A stretch of DNA of 64,000 nt, from contig CALBSD010000097.1 in the NCBI GenBank assembly GCA_937927625.1, positions 987 through 64,986 on the forward strand, given 5' to 3'. The position numbers and the translations under genes were made by a program. Positions 48,548 to 61,000 of the stretch are shown piece after piece. This stretch comes from an uncultured Actinomycetes bacterium (GTDB lineage Bacteria; Actinomycetota; Acidimicrobiia; Acidimicrobiales; Ilumatobacteraceae). The notes beneath the pieces are model-generated. The model searched no databases and was not told the origin of the DNA. It saw nothing but the letters and a program-made list of their open reading frames with translations. Every line of letters starts with the position of its first letter. Positions within the stretch are counted from its first letter, which is position 1.

Positions 48548-49167
48548 CGCACTCTCAATTTCATTCCGGGACCATCAGGTCCATCTACTTCGGTCATTGG
48601 TTCTTCTTTGTTATCAAACTCAAGCTTTAATGCCTTCGTCATCACTGCATGCATGTCATACATCGCAGTGATGTACGTGAATTCAAGAATCTCTTCATCG
48701 CTGAGATGTTCTTTCAAAGTAGCGAACACACCATCAGCAACTCGACCACCGTCGTAAACAAGAGCATCGGTGTACGCGAGAACAGCACGTTCAATGGGCG
48801 AAAAACAATCCGCTGTTTGCCAATGAGGAATTGCCGTAATCTTTTCTTCACTCACTCCGGCAGAACGTGCCGACTTAATGTGTTGCGAATAAACGAACTG
48901 ACTTGAGCGAGCCCAGCCAACTCGCGTTTGTCCCAACTCGCGTAGTTGAGGATCCAGCATGCGATCGCGGCTGCGGTAGAGAACGAAGCCACGCATGGCG
49001 TGATCGAAAATCTCAGGTACCAGCGCGAACACTGTCCACCAATCACCTGGTGTTCCCGTAGCAGTACCTGGCTCCGCGACCGGATCGCGATCACCGAAGA
49101 GAAGGTCGTAGGTCGGCAACACACTTTCGTGTGCTTCGGCCCGCGATACCTGACGTAGTCGTGACAT
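48544..49167 (-). CDS. Carboxymuconolactone decarboxylase (AhpD-like) family protein
   Basis: LRELGQTRVGWARSSQFVYSQH...ERAVLAYTDAL...LSDEEILEFTYITAMY layout, typical of CMD-family proteins. Confidence 0.75.
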   Translation of the reverse strand: MSRLRQVSRAEAHESVLPTYDLLFGDRDPVAEPGTATGTPGDWWTVFALVPEIFDHAMRGFVLYRSRDRMLDPQLRELGQTRVGWARSSQFVYSQHIKSARSAGVSEEKITAIPHWQTADCFSPIERAVLAYTDALVYDGGRVADGVFATLKEHLSDEEILEFTYITAMYDMHAVMTKALKLEFDNKEEPMTEVDGPDGPGMKLRVR

Positions 49168-49353
49168 ATGAACCCCCTATCGACATTCTGCCACCTCTAG
49201 AAAGCAGCTCGGGACAACTGTGCGAACAGATGTACCCATTCCCTGGAATACATCACCCAGGTACCAAAGGTCATTTATTTCGAATGTTGTGAATTGCACA
49301 CTCCCTAGTACCAAGAGTCGCTTGTCGTGGCGCTCTTCGAGCAAGGAGTTCCC

Positions 49354-52059
49354 ATGCATAACACCGGACAACCACTGCACACTCGATTTCACAAGTCGGC
49401 TGCGTACTTTGCATCAGCAATTCTTCTCGCAGCAGTTCTCATTATGCGAGTGAACGAATCTACGACTAAAGCAATTGCGCTGAGTACAGGCATCATCAGT
49501 GCCAAAGTCAGTGATCATGTGGGCGTCGACAGTGTTGGTCATCCCGATGGCACGGGAACGTCGAATTGTGTTCGGTATCAGCCGACTTCAAGCGCAACAT
49601 CATCTGGATGGGTGACATCCACAAGTTCTCCGAATGAAGCGCAAACCGCGCACGGGCAATCAGGCTCTTCATGTCCATCATCTCTCGATATCAGTCAACA
49701 AAGTGCCGTCGGTATACGGCCTGCAGGGGCGGCAACTTTCACCAGTGGCACTCCCTTTCTTCTCGCCCGTGCAATTCACTACAACAATCCCATTCGTGGA
49801 GCAGCTGAATACTGGAATGGAAAGTTCACAATCCAGATGGCTGGCTTTGATGGTTCACCCCAAGTAGGGCTCAATTGGTGGATGTGGGAAACACCTAATA
49901 ATGCAAATCCTTGCGCCGGTGGCTCCGATTCCAATGGATGCTTTGATGAAATCAAATTCACGTCACAAATTGGTGATCAAATTGTGACGCAATCTGGTTA
50001 CGACTATCGCCTAGTTATTACAGGTTTCGTACCGGTCAGTTCATCTACGACATGTCCAAGCACTCCGAGTGGCGCAACGATTAATGACTTCTGGACACAT
50101 GAAGGCGCCACCACCCATGCATGCCTCTATGCAGCGTTATCTCAAGTCCGCAAGGTAGTCATCACAAAATCCATTGTGGGAAATGGAAACGGAGTTGATG
50201 CCCCTTCCGCACAATTTGATTTCACGACAACTGGAAACATTTCGGGCTCACCGTGGACAAACGGCTCATTCACACTTACTCCACCAACAAACGGCAATGC
50301 ATCAACTACAGCAAAGGAGATTGTTTCTACTGACACCATCTCTGTCACTGAAACATCTCCACCCAATAGCAATTGGTCACTAACAAACATTGCATGTACT
50401 GATTACGCCGCTAACGGCAATCCAAGGCCTTTGCCAAGTGGCGCTACCTATAACACGGCTACTCGTCGTCTGGAACTGACGCAAATTCCTGCACCACCGG
50501 ATGTCACACATCCAAACATCACATGCGTGTTCCAAAATACATACACACCACATGCGACGCTTACATTGGTCAAGCATGTAACTGGCGGAAATGCAGCAAT
50601 CTCCGATTTCACGTTGACAGCTACTGGCGCAGATGTTGCACCAACTGCCGACCACACCATCTCCGGAACAAGCGGCCATCAAAATGTCACGTCTCGAAGT
50701 GTCCCCGCAGGCGCATACACACTCAGTGAAAATGGCCCTTCTGGATATGTCTCAAATCAAGGATGGTCTTGCCCTGGCGCCTCGATTGTTGACAATGTGG
50801 TGACCTTGGTTGATGGCGCAAATATCACATGCACCATCACAAATCGATTTCAATCCGGCAGCCTTCGCATCAATGTAGTGATTTCAGCTCCACCAGGATC
50901 TGTCACGGCTCCGGGTCGAAACTTCACCGGCACCTACACATGCGGGGCAGATCCTGTTGCACCATTCACCGCGACAGAGTCGTCACCATTTGGTGCGGCA
51001 AATCTTCCCTCGGGAACTTCCTGCTCGGTCGTTGCAACACAACCGACAGGGGACCTTGCTAACGCATCATTTGCGTGGGCAACACCCACATATTCGACAC
51101 AACCTGTCGTCATCGGTGACGAGACCGAGTCAACGATCACTGTGACCTATCGCGTGATTCAGCGCTTCGGTTCATTCAGCGTGACGAAATCAATCTCTGA
51201 CCAGAGTGGATATACCGGTGCAGCAGGACGAATCTTCCCGATCAACTACTCCTGCCGTATTGGTGAAGACGTTGTAGCAAACGGAACACTCAACGCAATC
51301 GCCGGAGTGGCCATCTCTCCAGAGGAACAAATTCCGGCAACTGCAACATGCCAGCTTGCTGAAACTCTGAACCTTTTGGAAGGAGATTTTGTGGACAGTT
51401 CTTACGAATGGAACACACCACTCTTCAGCGATGCAACGCCGGTGATACCTGCTGATCAAGTTCTCAATATCAGCGTGACCAATCGATTTAACCGAATCTT
51501 TGGATCCTTGCTCATAAGCAAAACTCTGTCTGGCTCTACAATTGGTTTTGTAGAAGGTACAAAGTTCAACTTCACAGTCTCCTGTGGTGAGGTGTTTAAC
51601 ACGACAGTCATTGCAGGAATTGGTGAACCAGCGACAACAGCAAACATCCCGCGCGGCACCCAATGCACTGTGGCTGAAGTGGCACCAACAGGCGGCCTCA
51701 GCACTACTGAGTATTCGTGGGGTCCGACCCCTTCCCCTCAGGGCGTGACAGTGGAGCGGTTGAACCAACCAGTGGTCTTCAACAACAGCATCACCTTTGT
51801 GGCAAGCACAACCACTTCCACCACCCTGCCTGCGACAACGACTACCGTTCCCGCGACAACGACCACAGTTCCAGGCACGACAACCACCGTCGCACCAACC
51901 ACAACAACGACCATTCCTACCGAGTTAGATGTTCTTGTTCCCGATGAATTACAAGTACTCCCCGCAACTGGTCATACATCGAATGGTGCCCTATTCGCAG
52001 GAATTCTGATGATTCTTATCGGAGGAATCTTTATCCTTCGCAAGAGGATCGTTCGATAA
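49354..52059 (+). CDS. LPXTG-anchored surface protein: unknown N-terminal domain, prealbumin-like (SpaA-type) domain, three DUF5979-like domains, Thr/Pro stalk
   Basis: ATG 49354 is preceded by AGGAG at 5-nt spacing. Signal-peptide-like N-terminus (KSAAYFASAILLAAVLIM). Three GS(L/F)x(I/V)xK...C...C...W...(T)NRF units. (TTTTVP)n linker. C-terminus LPATG plus a hydrophobic helix plus RKRIVR. Confidence 0.85.
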   Translation: MHNTGQPLHTRFHKSAAYFASAILLAAVLIMRVNESTTKAIALSTGIISAKVSDHVGVDSVGHPDGTGTSNCVRYQPTSSATSSGWVTSTSSPNEAQTAHGQSGSSCPSSLDISQQSAVGIRPAGAATFTSGTPFLLARAIHYNNPIRGAAEYWNGKFTIQMAGFDGSPQVGLNWWMWETPNNANPCAGGSDSNGCFDEIKFTSQIGDQIVTQSGYDYRLVITGFVPVSSSTTCPSTPSGATINDFWTHEGATTHACLYAALSQVRKVVITKSIVGNGNGVDAPSAQFDFTTTGNISGSPWTNGSFTLTPPTNGNASTTAKEIVSTDTISVTETSPPNSNWSLTNIACTDYAANGNPRPLPSGATYNTATRRLELTQIPAPPDVTHPNITCVFQNTYTPHATLTLVKHVTGGNAAISDFTLTATGADVAPTADHTISGTSGHQNVTSRSVPAGAYTLSENGPSGYVSNQGWSCPGASIVDNVVTLVDGANITCTITNRFQSGSLRINVVISAPPGSVTAPGRNFTGTYTCGADPVAPFTATESSPFGAANLPSGTSCSVVATQPTGDLANASFAWATPTYSTQPVVIGDETESTITVTYRVIQRFGSFSVTKSISDQSGYTGAAGRIFPINYSCRIGEDVVANGTLNAIAGVAISPEEQIPATATCQLAETLNLLEGDFVDSSYEWNTPLFSDATPVIPADQVLNISVTNRFNRIFGSLLISKTLSGSTIGFVEGTKFNFTVSCGEVFNTTVIAGIGEPATTANIPRGTQCTVAEVAPTGGLSTTEYSWGPTPSPQGVTVERLNQPVVFNNSITFVASTTTSTTLPATTTTVPATTTTVPGTTTTVAPTTTTTIPTELDVLVPDELQVLPATGHTSNGALFAGILMILIGGIFILRKRIVR
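51958..51972 (+). other. Sortase recognition motif LPATG of the 901-aa surface protein
   Basis: The codons ctc ccc gca act ggt are in frame with ATG 49354, followed by HTSNGALFAGILMILIGGIFIL and RKRIVR. Confidence 0.85.
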
Positions 52060-52062
52060 AGA

Positions 52063-55000
52063 CTAGGCGCGACGCTGTACCAGGCGCTTACTGCGATTCA
52101 CCGCAACGCCGATGCCAATCATCATGAGCGCTGCAAGTAGCAGTGGCTCGGTGTTGTTGGCACCTGTCATGGGCAACTGTGGCTTTGCAGGGATGATCGG
52201 AGTGAGCTTTGACTGCACTGTTTGACCAGCAACGTCTGTCACTTGGTAGGTGATGGACAAGCCCTTACCGGTCTTCGCATTGCGGCTGGCGGTGAAGGTC
52301 ACAACACCTGTTGTCTTGTTCAACTTGAAACGTCCAAGATGAGGAACAACCACAATGCCATCGGCATCACACACTGATACATCAGCTGCGACAACCGGAG
52401 CCGGATCAATCAAACAGGTCACGGACTTATTGAGACCGAGCTTTGAAGTAGCCAGGCCTTGATTGCCAGTGATGGTGGTGAACTGTACGGTCTCGCCACG
52501 ATTCACTTCAAGAGTCTGTGGCTTTGCAACTGGCATCGACGGTGGTGGTGCAACGACAACGGTGATGGTTGCCATGGCAACTTGACCAGCGCCATCTGCA
52601 ACGGAGTACTTAATGGCTGTTGCATTCCCCCAGAAGGTTGGAAGCGGCACGAAACGAACGCTGCCATTGGCCTGAACGAGATAAGTGCCTTCACCAGGAA
52701 CAGTCAGTGATGTGAGAGAACATGACGACGGAACAGTTGTTGAGGCATCGCACAACTTGAGAGTGTTGCCAATGAGGGAGGTACCAGTTCCGGCAACATC
52801 ATTCGTGAGAGGACTGATTGTTTGCGCAGTATTCCATGGACCCGTTGATGTGTCATTCACAATCGTTGGCATTGGAGGAATGACTGGCGTCAGAGTCGAT
52901 GCCACTGTCTGACCGAAGATGTCAGTGATCTGATACGTAACTGAGGTGCGATGGCCAATCGGGGCATTAGCCAGCGAGGTGTAGGACACCACCCCGGTGA
53001 GTACATCGATTCTGTATGTTCCTTCGCCAGCGATGGTCACATCGGTGACGCCACACACGTTTGTAGATGGGTCGACGATGCAGAAGCTAGTTGGGTTGAG
53101 GGCAGCTCCGCCCGCAGCAGAAGCAGCAAGTGCTCCAGAGCCCACGATGGGCAAGAAGGTTACGGTTGACGCAGGAGCAAGCGCACGAAGATCAGGCGTC
53201 GCCACTGGAGGTGGCGGCATTGACACTGTTGGTGTGATGGTTGCACTGGCAACGCGACCATTGATGTCTGCCACCACATATTTCACAGGCGATGCTGTAC
53301 CCACAAAAGTTGGCAACGGATCAAATGTCACAGTGCCATTTGCATTCACTGTGTAGGTGCCCTCATTTGACACCGTCAATGTCGTGAGGTTGCACGATGC
53401 ATTAGCAGTTGAAGTTGTTGCACACAGCTTCACACTGCTTGGCACCAAGGTTGCAGGAGCAACTGCAGAGTCATTTGTCAGTGGCGAGATCACCTGATTC
53501 GTATCAAATGGCCCTGTGTTGGTGTCATTGACGGCTGTTGGAGGCGCAGGGATGATCGGCGTGAGGGTCGAAATAGCTGTCTGGCCAAAGATGTCGGTGA
53601 CTCGGTACGACAGTGGCGTCTTAGTTCCAGCCGCAGCATTGCCGTCCGCAACGAATGTGACTACACCTGTCGATGAGTTCAGGGTGTACGTGCCTTCACC
53701 AGCGATTGTGACAACACCATCAGCATCGCAATTGGTTGTACCAGGCGTCAGGAGACATGTTGCTGAGGTATTGAATCCAACCGTCGAAGTTGCGAGACCA
53801 CTTGCACCAGTCAAAGTCGTGAAGTTCACGGTTCCACCTGGAATCACTGTCTTCGTTTGTGGTGTTGCAACTGGGACGGGAGGTAATCCAACTGTAGGCG
53901 TGATGGTGGCATTTGCCAGCTGACCAGTGCTGTCAGCAACGATGTACTTCACCGGTGATGCAGTACCCGTAAATGTTGGTAATGGATCAAAGGTGACCGT
54001 GCCATTTGCATTCACTGTGTAGGTGCCTTGGCCAGCAACGGTCAACGTTGTGAGGTTGCAGGAGGCATTTGCAGTAGAGGTGGACGCGCATAACTTCACG
54101 CTGCTTGCAATCAACGTTGCTGGATTTGCAGCAGAGTCATTGGGCAGAATCGAGATTGTTTGATTCGTGTCAAATGCGCCGCTGGAGGTGTCATTTGTTG
54201 CAACCGGAGGTGCAGGAATAATCGGAGTAAGGGTTGCAGTATCAGTCTGCCCAAAGACATCTGTTACTTGATACGTCAATGCAGTCTTTGTGCCTTGCGT
54301 GGCATTCACATCGGCCACAAATGTGACAACACCAGTTGCTGTATTCAGCGTGTATGTGCCTTCACCAGCAATCGTGACAACACCATCTGCATCACACGTA
54401 GAAGTTCCTGGCGTGATCAGACACGTGGCAGAGGTGTTGAACCCCACTGTCGATGTTGCCAGTCCACTGACGCCAGTCAAAGTTGTGAAGTTCACGCTGC
54501 CTCCAGGAATCACAGCCTTCGTCTGTGGATTCGCAAATGGGGCCGCTGGCATCAACACTGTTGGGGTAATGAGGGCATTTGTGATCTGACCAGTGGAGTC
54601 AGAAACGATGTACTTCACCGGTGATGCGGTACCAGTAAACGTTGGAAGAGGATTGAACGTCACTGTGCCATCTGAGTTGACCGTGTACGTACCTTCGTTT
54701 GGAACTGTCAGTGTCGTGAGGTTGCAGCTTGCGTTCGCTGTCGAGGTCGTTGCACACAACTTCACCGAGCTTGCAACCAACGTGGCAGGGGAAGTAACAG
54801 AATCATTCGCGAGAATCGAAATGACCTGATTTGTGTCGTACGGACCAGTGGACGTGTCATCTGTAGCGGCTGGTGGTACTGGGATGATCGGCGTCAACGT
54901 TGAAGTTGCAGTCTGACCAGTGATATCCGTGACGACATACGTAATCGGAGTCTTCGTACCAGATGTCGCATTCGCATCGGCTACGTAGGTGACAACACCC

Positions 55001-58000
55001 GTTGATGGGTTGAGTGTGTACGTGCCTTCACCAGGAATAGTGATGACTCCATCAGCATCACAAGTAGTGGTGTTGGGTGTGTAGAGGCATGTTGCTGCTG
55101 TATTGAATCCAACGCTTGACGTTGCAAGTCCACTAGCACCAGTAAGTGTCGTGAAAGTCGCAGTTGCGCCAGGGATGACAGCCTTTGACTGCGGAGTCGC
55201 AGTTGGTGCTGCAGGTGCTGACACCGTCGGCGTAATCGTGGCATTCGTGATCTGACCAGTGCTGTCAGCCACGATGTACTTCACCGGCGATGCAGTGCCA
55301 GTGAACGTTGACAATGGATCGAATGTGACGGTGCCGTTCGCATTGACCGTATACGTACCCTGGTTTGCAACCGTCAGCGTTGTGAGATTGCAACTTGCAT
55401 TTACTGTTGAAGTTGTGGCGCATAACTTGACCGTGCTTGCAATCAACGTCGCAGGCGAGGTCGCAGAGTCGTTTGTCAAAATCGAAATGACCTGATTTGT
55501 GTCATAGGCGCCAGTAGACGTATCGTTTGCGCCAACAGGAGGAGCCGGGATAACCGGCGTCAATGTAGACGTTGCTGTCTGGCCGAAGGTGTCGGTCACA
55601 CGGTATGAAAGTGGTGTCTTTGTTCCTTGTGTCGCATTGATATCGGCAACAAAAGTGACAACACCAGTTGAAGTGTTCAGCGTGTACGTGCCTTCACCTG
55701 CGATTGTCACTACCCCATCAGCATCACAGGTAGTGGTGCTAGGTGTGAGAAGACATGTCGAAGCATTCACGAGCCCGACGCCTGAAGTTGCAAGACCACC
55801 TGTTCCCGTCAAGGTTGTAAATGTGGCGGTTCCACCAGGGATGACAGCTTTCGACTCTGGCGTTGCAACTGGTGCAGCAGGCATCGAGACAGTCGGTGTG
55901 ATGGTGGCGCCGGTGAATTGACCAGTGGAATCTTGCACTGCGTACTTCACAGGTGAAGCAGTACCAGTGAATGTTGGAAGAGGATCAAATGTGACTGTGC
56001 CGTTCGGGTTGACCGTATATGTGCCCTGGTTTGCAATTGTCAATGTTGTGAGGTTGCAGCTTGTGCTAGCCGTAGCAGTCGTTGCACACAACTTCACGGT
56101 GCTCGCATTCAATGTCGCAGGAGAAGTAACTGAGTCATTGGTCAAGATTGAGATGGTTTGATTCGTGTCATATGCGCCAGTTGAAGTGTCATTCGTTGCA
56201 ACTGGTGGTGCTGGAATGACTGGCGTCAGAGTTGACGTCGCTGTCTGACCAGTGATGTCCGTGACGCGATATGTCAATGGTGTCTTAGTACCTGCAGTGG
56301 CATTGACATCCGCAACGAAGGTGACGACACCAGTAGTTGGGTTCAATGTGTAGGTGCCTTCACCTGCGATTGTCACTACCCCATCAGCATCACAGGTAGT
56401 GGTGCTCGGTGTGAGAAGACACGTCGAAGTATTTACGAGTCCGACACCTGAAGTGGCAAGTGCACCCGTACCGGTCAGTGTGGTGAACGTCGCAGTAGCA
56501 CCAGGGATGACAGCCTTCGTTTCTGGGGTCGCTACTGGAGCGGCAGGCGGGGTGACAGTCGGGGTCAGGGTCGCGGAGGTGAGCTGAGTAGTGCTGTCGG
56601 CAACGACATACTTCACAGGTGATGCTGTGCCCTTGAATGTTGGCAACGGATCAAATGTGATTGTTCCGTTTGCATTGACCGTGTAGGTGCCTTCGTTCGG
56701 AACCGTCAAGGTTGTGAGATTGCAGCTTGTGTTTGCTGTACCGGTCGTTGCGCACAATTTCACTGTGGTCGCATTCAACGTTGCGCCTGCACCTGGGTTG
56801 TCGTTTGTCAGAACGGAGATTGTCTGATTTGTGTCGTAGGCTCCTGTCGAAGTGTCGTTCGCTGCGACAGGAGCCAACGAAAGAATTGGTGTCAGTGTCG
56901 ATGTTGCTGTTTGACCGAAGGTGTCTGTGACCTTGTATGTAATTGCTGTCTTTGTTCCCGATGTTGCATTTGCATCGGCCACATACGTCACGACTCCGGT
57001 CGATTGGTTCAAGGTGTACGTACCTTCACCAGCAATCGTGACAACTCCGTCTGCATCACATGTAGTGGTGTTTGGCGTGTAGAGACACGTCACTGTCGTA
57101 TTAAAGCCAACACCTGAGGTTGCGAGTCCATTTGTCCCCGTCAAAGTGGTGAATGTTGCAGTTCCACCAGCAATCAGTGTTTTCTGGTCTGGTGTTGCAG
57201 TTGGTGCAGCAGGCATCGCCACTGTTGGGGTAATCGTTGCTCCTGTTAGTTGACCATTGCTATCCGCCACCACATACTTCACAGGCGAAGCTGTTCCCGT
57301 AAAGGTTGACAACGGATCAAAGGTCACTGTTCCATTCGCATTGACCGTGTAGGTGCCCTGGTTGGCCACTGTCAACGTTGTGAGATTACAACTGGCGTTC
57401 GCAGTTGCAGTTGTTGCACACAACTTCACCGAACTACCAACCAGCGTGGCAGGTGATGTCACGGTGTCGTTCGACAAAATAGTGATGGTTTGATTCGTGT
57501 CATACGCACCACTGGAAGTGTCGTTCGTTGCTACAGGTGCAGGCGGAATCAAGGGTGTCAACGTTGAAGTTGTGGATTGACCGGTTGCGTCAACGACCTT
57601 GTACGTAATTGCAGTCTTTGTACCAACTGTGGCAGCAGGGTCTGCGACGTATGTGACAACGCCAGTCGACTGATTTAACGTGTACGTACCTTGACCAGCG
57701 ATAGTCACGATGCCATCAGCATCACAAGTAGTAGTGCTTGGGGTGTAAAGACACGTTGCCATCGTGTTGAAACCAGCAGTCGCAGTGGCAAGGCCACCAG
57801 TGCCTGTCACTGTCGTAAACGTTGCAGTTCCGCCAGGAATCACAGTCTTTGTCTCAGGTGTTGCAACAGGAACAGGAGGCGCCGTCACAGTAGGCGTGAT
57901 ATTCGCACCAGCAAGCTGGCCGGTGGAATCTGCCACCACATACTTCACTGGGGTTGCGGTCCCCTTAAATGATGGCAGCGGATCAAACGACACCGTGCCA

Positions 58001-61000
58001 TCAGCATTGACCGTGTACGTACCCTCATTCGCAACCGTCAACGTTGTGAGATTACAAGAAGCATTCGCAGTCGCAGTCGTTGCGCACAACTTCACAGAAC
58101 TTGCAACCAATGTTGCACCAGTGCCCGGCGTGTCATTGGCTGTCACAGAAATGGTCTGCACTGTGTCCCATGCGCCAGTCGAAGTGTTCGCCGTTGCACT
58201 TGGCGCAGGAGGCACAATCGGAGTCAACGTTGACGTAACCGACTGACCAAAGATGTCCACAACCTTGTACGTAATTGCAGTCTTTGTTCCAGGGGTCGCC
58301 GTGGAAAGAGCCACGTAAGTGACGATGCCTGTCGTTGAATCAAGCGTGTATGTGCCTTGACCAGCGACGGTCACGATGCCATCGGCATCACAGGTACTTG
58401 TGCCAGGTGTATAGAGACACGTTGCCACGGTGTTGAAACCAGGTCCCGAAGTTGCGAGTCCGCCGGTCCCAGTCGTCGTCGTAAATGTCGCAGTTCCGCC
58501 AGGAATCACTTGCTTCGTTTCTGGAGAAGCAACAGGGATTGGGGGAAGTGAAACCGTGGGAGTAATCGTTGCTCCAGCGATCTGACCATTGGAGTCTGTG
58601 ACTGCGTACTTCACCGCAGATGCAGTGCCAGAGAAGGTAGGCAACGGATCAAACGTGACCGTGCCGTTGGCATTGACTGTGTAAGTTCCCTGGTTCGCAA
58701 CTGTCAATGTTGTGAGATTGCAACTTGCATTAGCGGTGGAAGTAGTTGCGCACAGCTTCACGCTGGAGGCAACAAGAGTTGCTGGCGCTGTGGCCGAATC
58801 ATTAGTGAGAATTGTGATGGTCTGGTTGGTATCCCATGCACCTGTTGATGTGTCGTTGACTGCCACGGGAGCAGGAGGGATTGTTGGCGTCAATGTTGAC
58901 GTAGCAGTTTGTCCAAAAGTGTCAGTCACACGGTACGTAATCGCTGTCTTGGTGCCGGCAGTCGCTGCAGGATCTGCAACGTAGGTGACAATGCCAGTAG
59001 AAGCATTCAGCGTGTACGTGCCTTGACCGGCAATCGTGACAATTCCGTCAGCGTCACATGTTGCTGGCGATGACGCTGGTGTGATCAGACATGTCGAAGC
59101 CGCAACAAGTCCAACACCTGAAGTGGCAAGACCACCTGTGCCAGTAATGGTGGTGAACGTTGCGGTTCCACCGGGGATGACAAGTTTGGTTTCCGGAGTT
59201 GCCACAGGAGCCGCAGGCATTGCAACGGTCGGAGTAATCGTTGCGCTCGTCACTTGAGTGGTGGAATCAGCAACGATGTACTTCACTGGAGATGCGTTTC
59301 CTGTGAATGTTGACAGTGGGTCGAACGTGACAGTGCCATTGGCATTCACTGTGTACGTACCCTCATTGGCAACTGTCAACGTTGTGAGATTGCAACTTGC
59401 ATTCGCGGTAGCGGTGGTCGCACACAACTTCACGCTCGTTGCATCGAGAGTTGCACCAGCCCCAGCAGCGTCGTTGGTCAATGGAGAAATCGTCTGATTC
59501 GTGTCATACGCACCAGAGGACGTGTCATTCGTGGCAGTCGGTGCGGGCGAGACAATCGGAGTCAATGTTGAAGTTGCAGTTTGTCCGGTGATGTCCGTGA
59601 CCTGATAGGTCAATGCGGTCTTGGTACCGGGCGTGATATTCGAGACTGAAACAAAAGTGACAACTCCTGTTGAAGTATTCAACGTGTAAGTGCCTTCGTT
59701 GGCAATCGTGACAACACCGTCGGAATCACAAGTAGCCGGGACTGAACCAGGAGTAATAAGACATGTTGATGCTGTATTAAATCCTGCAGCCGAAGTTGCT
59801 AGGCCATTCGTTCCAGTCAATGTGGTGAACGTTGCGGTCGCACCGGGAATCAATGTCTTCGTTTGTGCCGTAGCTACAGGGGCAGACGGTGCAACCACCG
59901 TTGGCGTAATGGTTGCGGAAGTGGCCTGCTGAATTCCATCCTGCACCACATATTGAATTGGCGTTGCAGTTCCACGGAAAGTTGGCAACGGGTCAAATGT
60001 GACAACGCCGTTCGCGTTGACGGTGTACGTGCCCTCATTCGGAATTGTCAGCGTTGTCCCTGTGCAAGATGCAATAACTGTTCCCGTTGTACAGATACGG
60101 ACTGTGCTTGGGTCAATTGGCGAGAGTGTTCCAGAAATATCATTCGTCAAAGGCGAAATGATTTGGTTCGTGTCATATGAACCGCTTGAAGTGTCATTGA
60201 TCGCAACCGGCGAAGTTGTTGTTACAGATGGCGTATACGTACTCGTTCCAATGTTTCCATTCACATCGGCAACTTGGTAACTCAACGGTGTTGCAGTTCC
60301 CGTAAAAGTACTCAGCGGAGTAAACGTGACAACACCCGTATTGCTGACGGTGTAGGTGCCTTGATTCGGGACTACAACGGATCCGCCGGGCCCCACGGTG
60401 CAGTTTGGCGCCACTTGATTTGTTGCCGGATTACACAACTTGACGGATGCAGGGTCCAATGCCACGGTCGTGCCGGCCGCATTCATCGCATTCGTATCGT
60501 TGGTAACGACATTGATGGATTGTGGTGTGTTGACAGGACCGACTGTCGCATCAGGGAATGCAGTTGGCTTGGGAGTGCTATGGCACATTGCGCCATCCGT
60601 TGGAACTGTTGGAACCTGGTACATCAAGGTAAATGCCGAACTTGCTGACGCAGTTGCTGGTGTCGATGTGCGGAAATACTGACGGTACCCATCAGTCACA
60701 ATGACTTCACCAAAACCATCTGCGTAGATCGCGCCACCCGCTGCATAGTTCGAAGGCATGATTGACCGAGATGTAGATACCCATGAATAGTCAGGCGCTG
60801 CATCCTGGGTCGCCATGTACAAAGCAGAACCAGATGATGAATAGATCTTGCCGGCCGAATACGCAAGGTCATCTCCTGTCATTGCAACGCTGACTGTCAC
60901 CGTTGTTGCGACTCGACTCGAGAGATTGATGGAGTACAAGGTCGTAGTCGAGCCAGTCTTTTTGACAATCAGATTTCCCGTCGCATCAACGTCGCCACCC

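Noticed and set aside
52180-60560. Whether the periodic repeats could be a CRISPR array or a satellite.
   Set aside because: The units are 333/666 bp, diverged by about 15% or more, have no short spacer-repeat structure, and are in one continuous reading frame encoding Ig-like modules.
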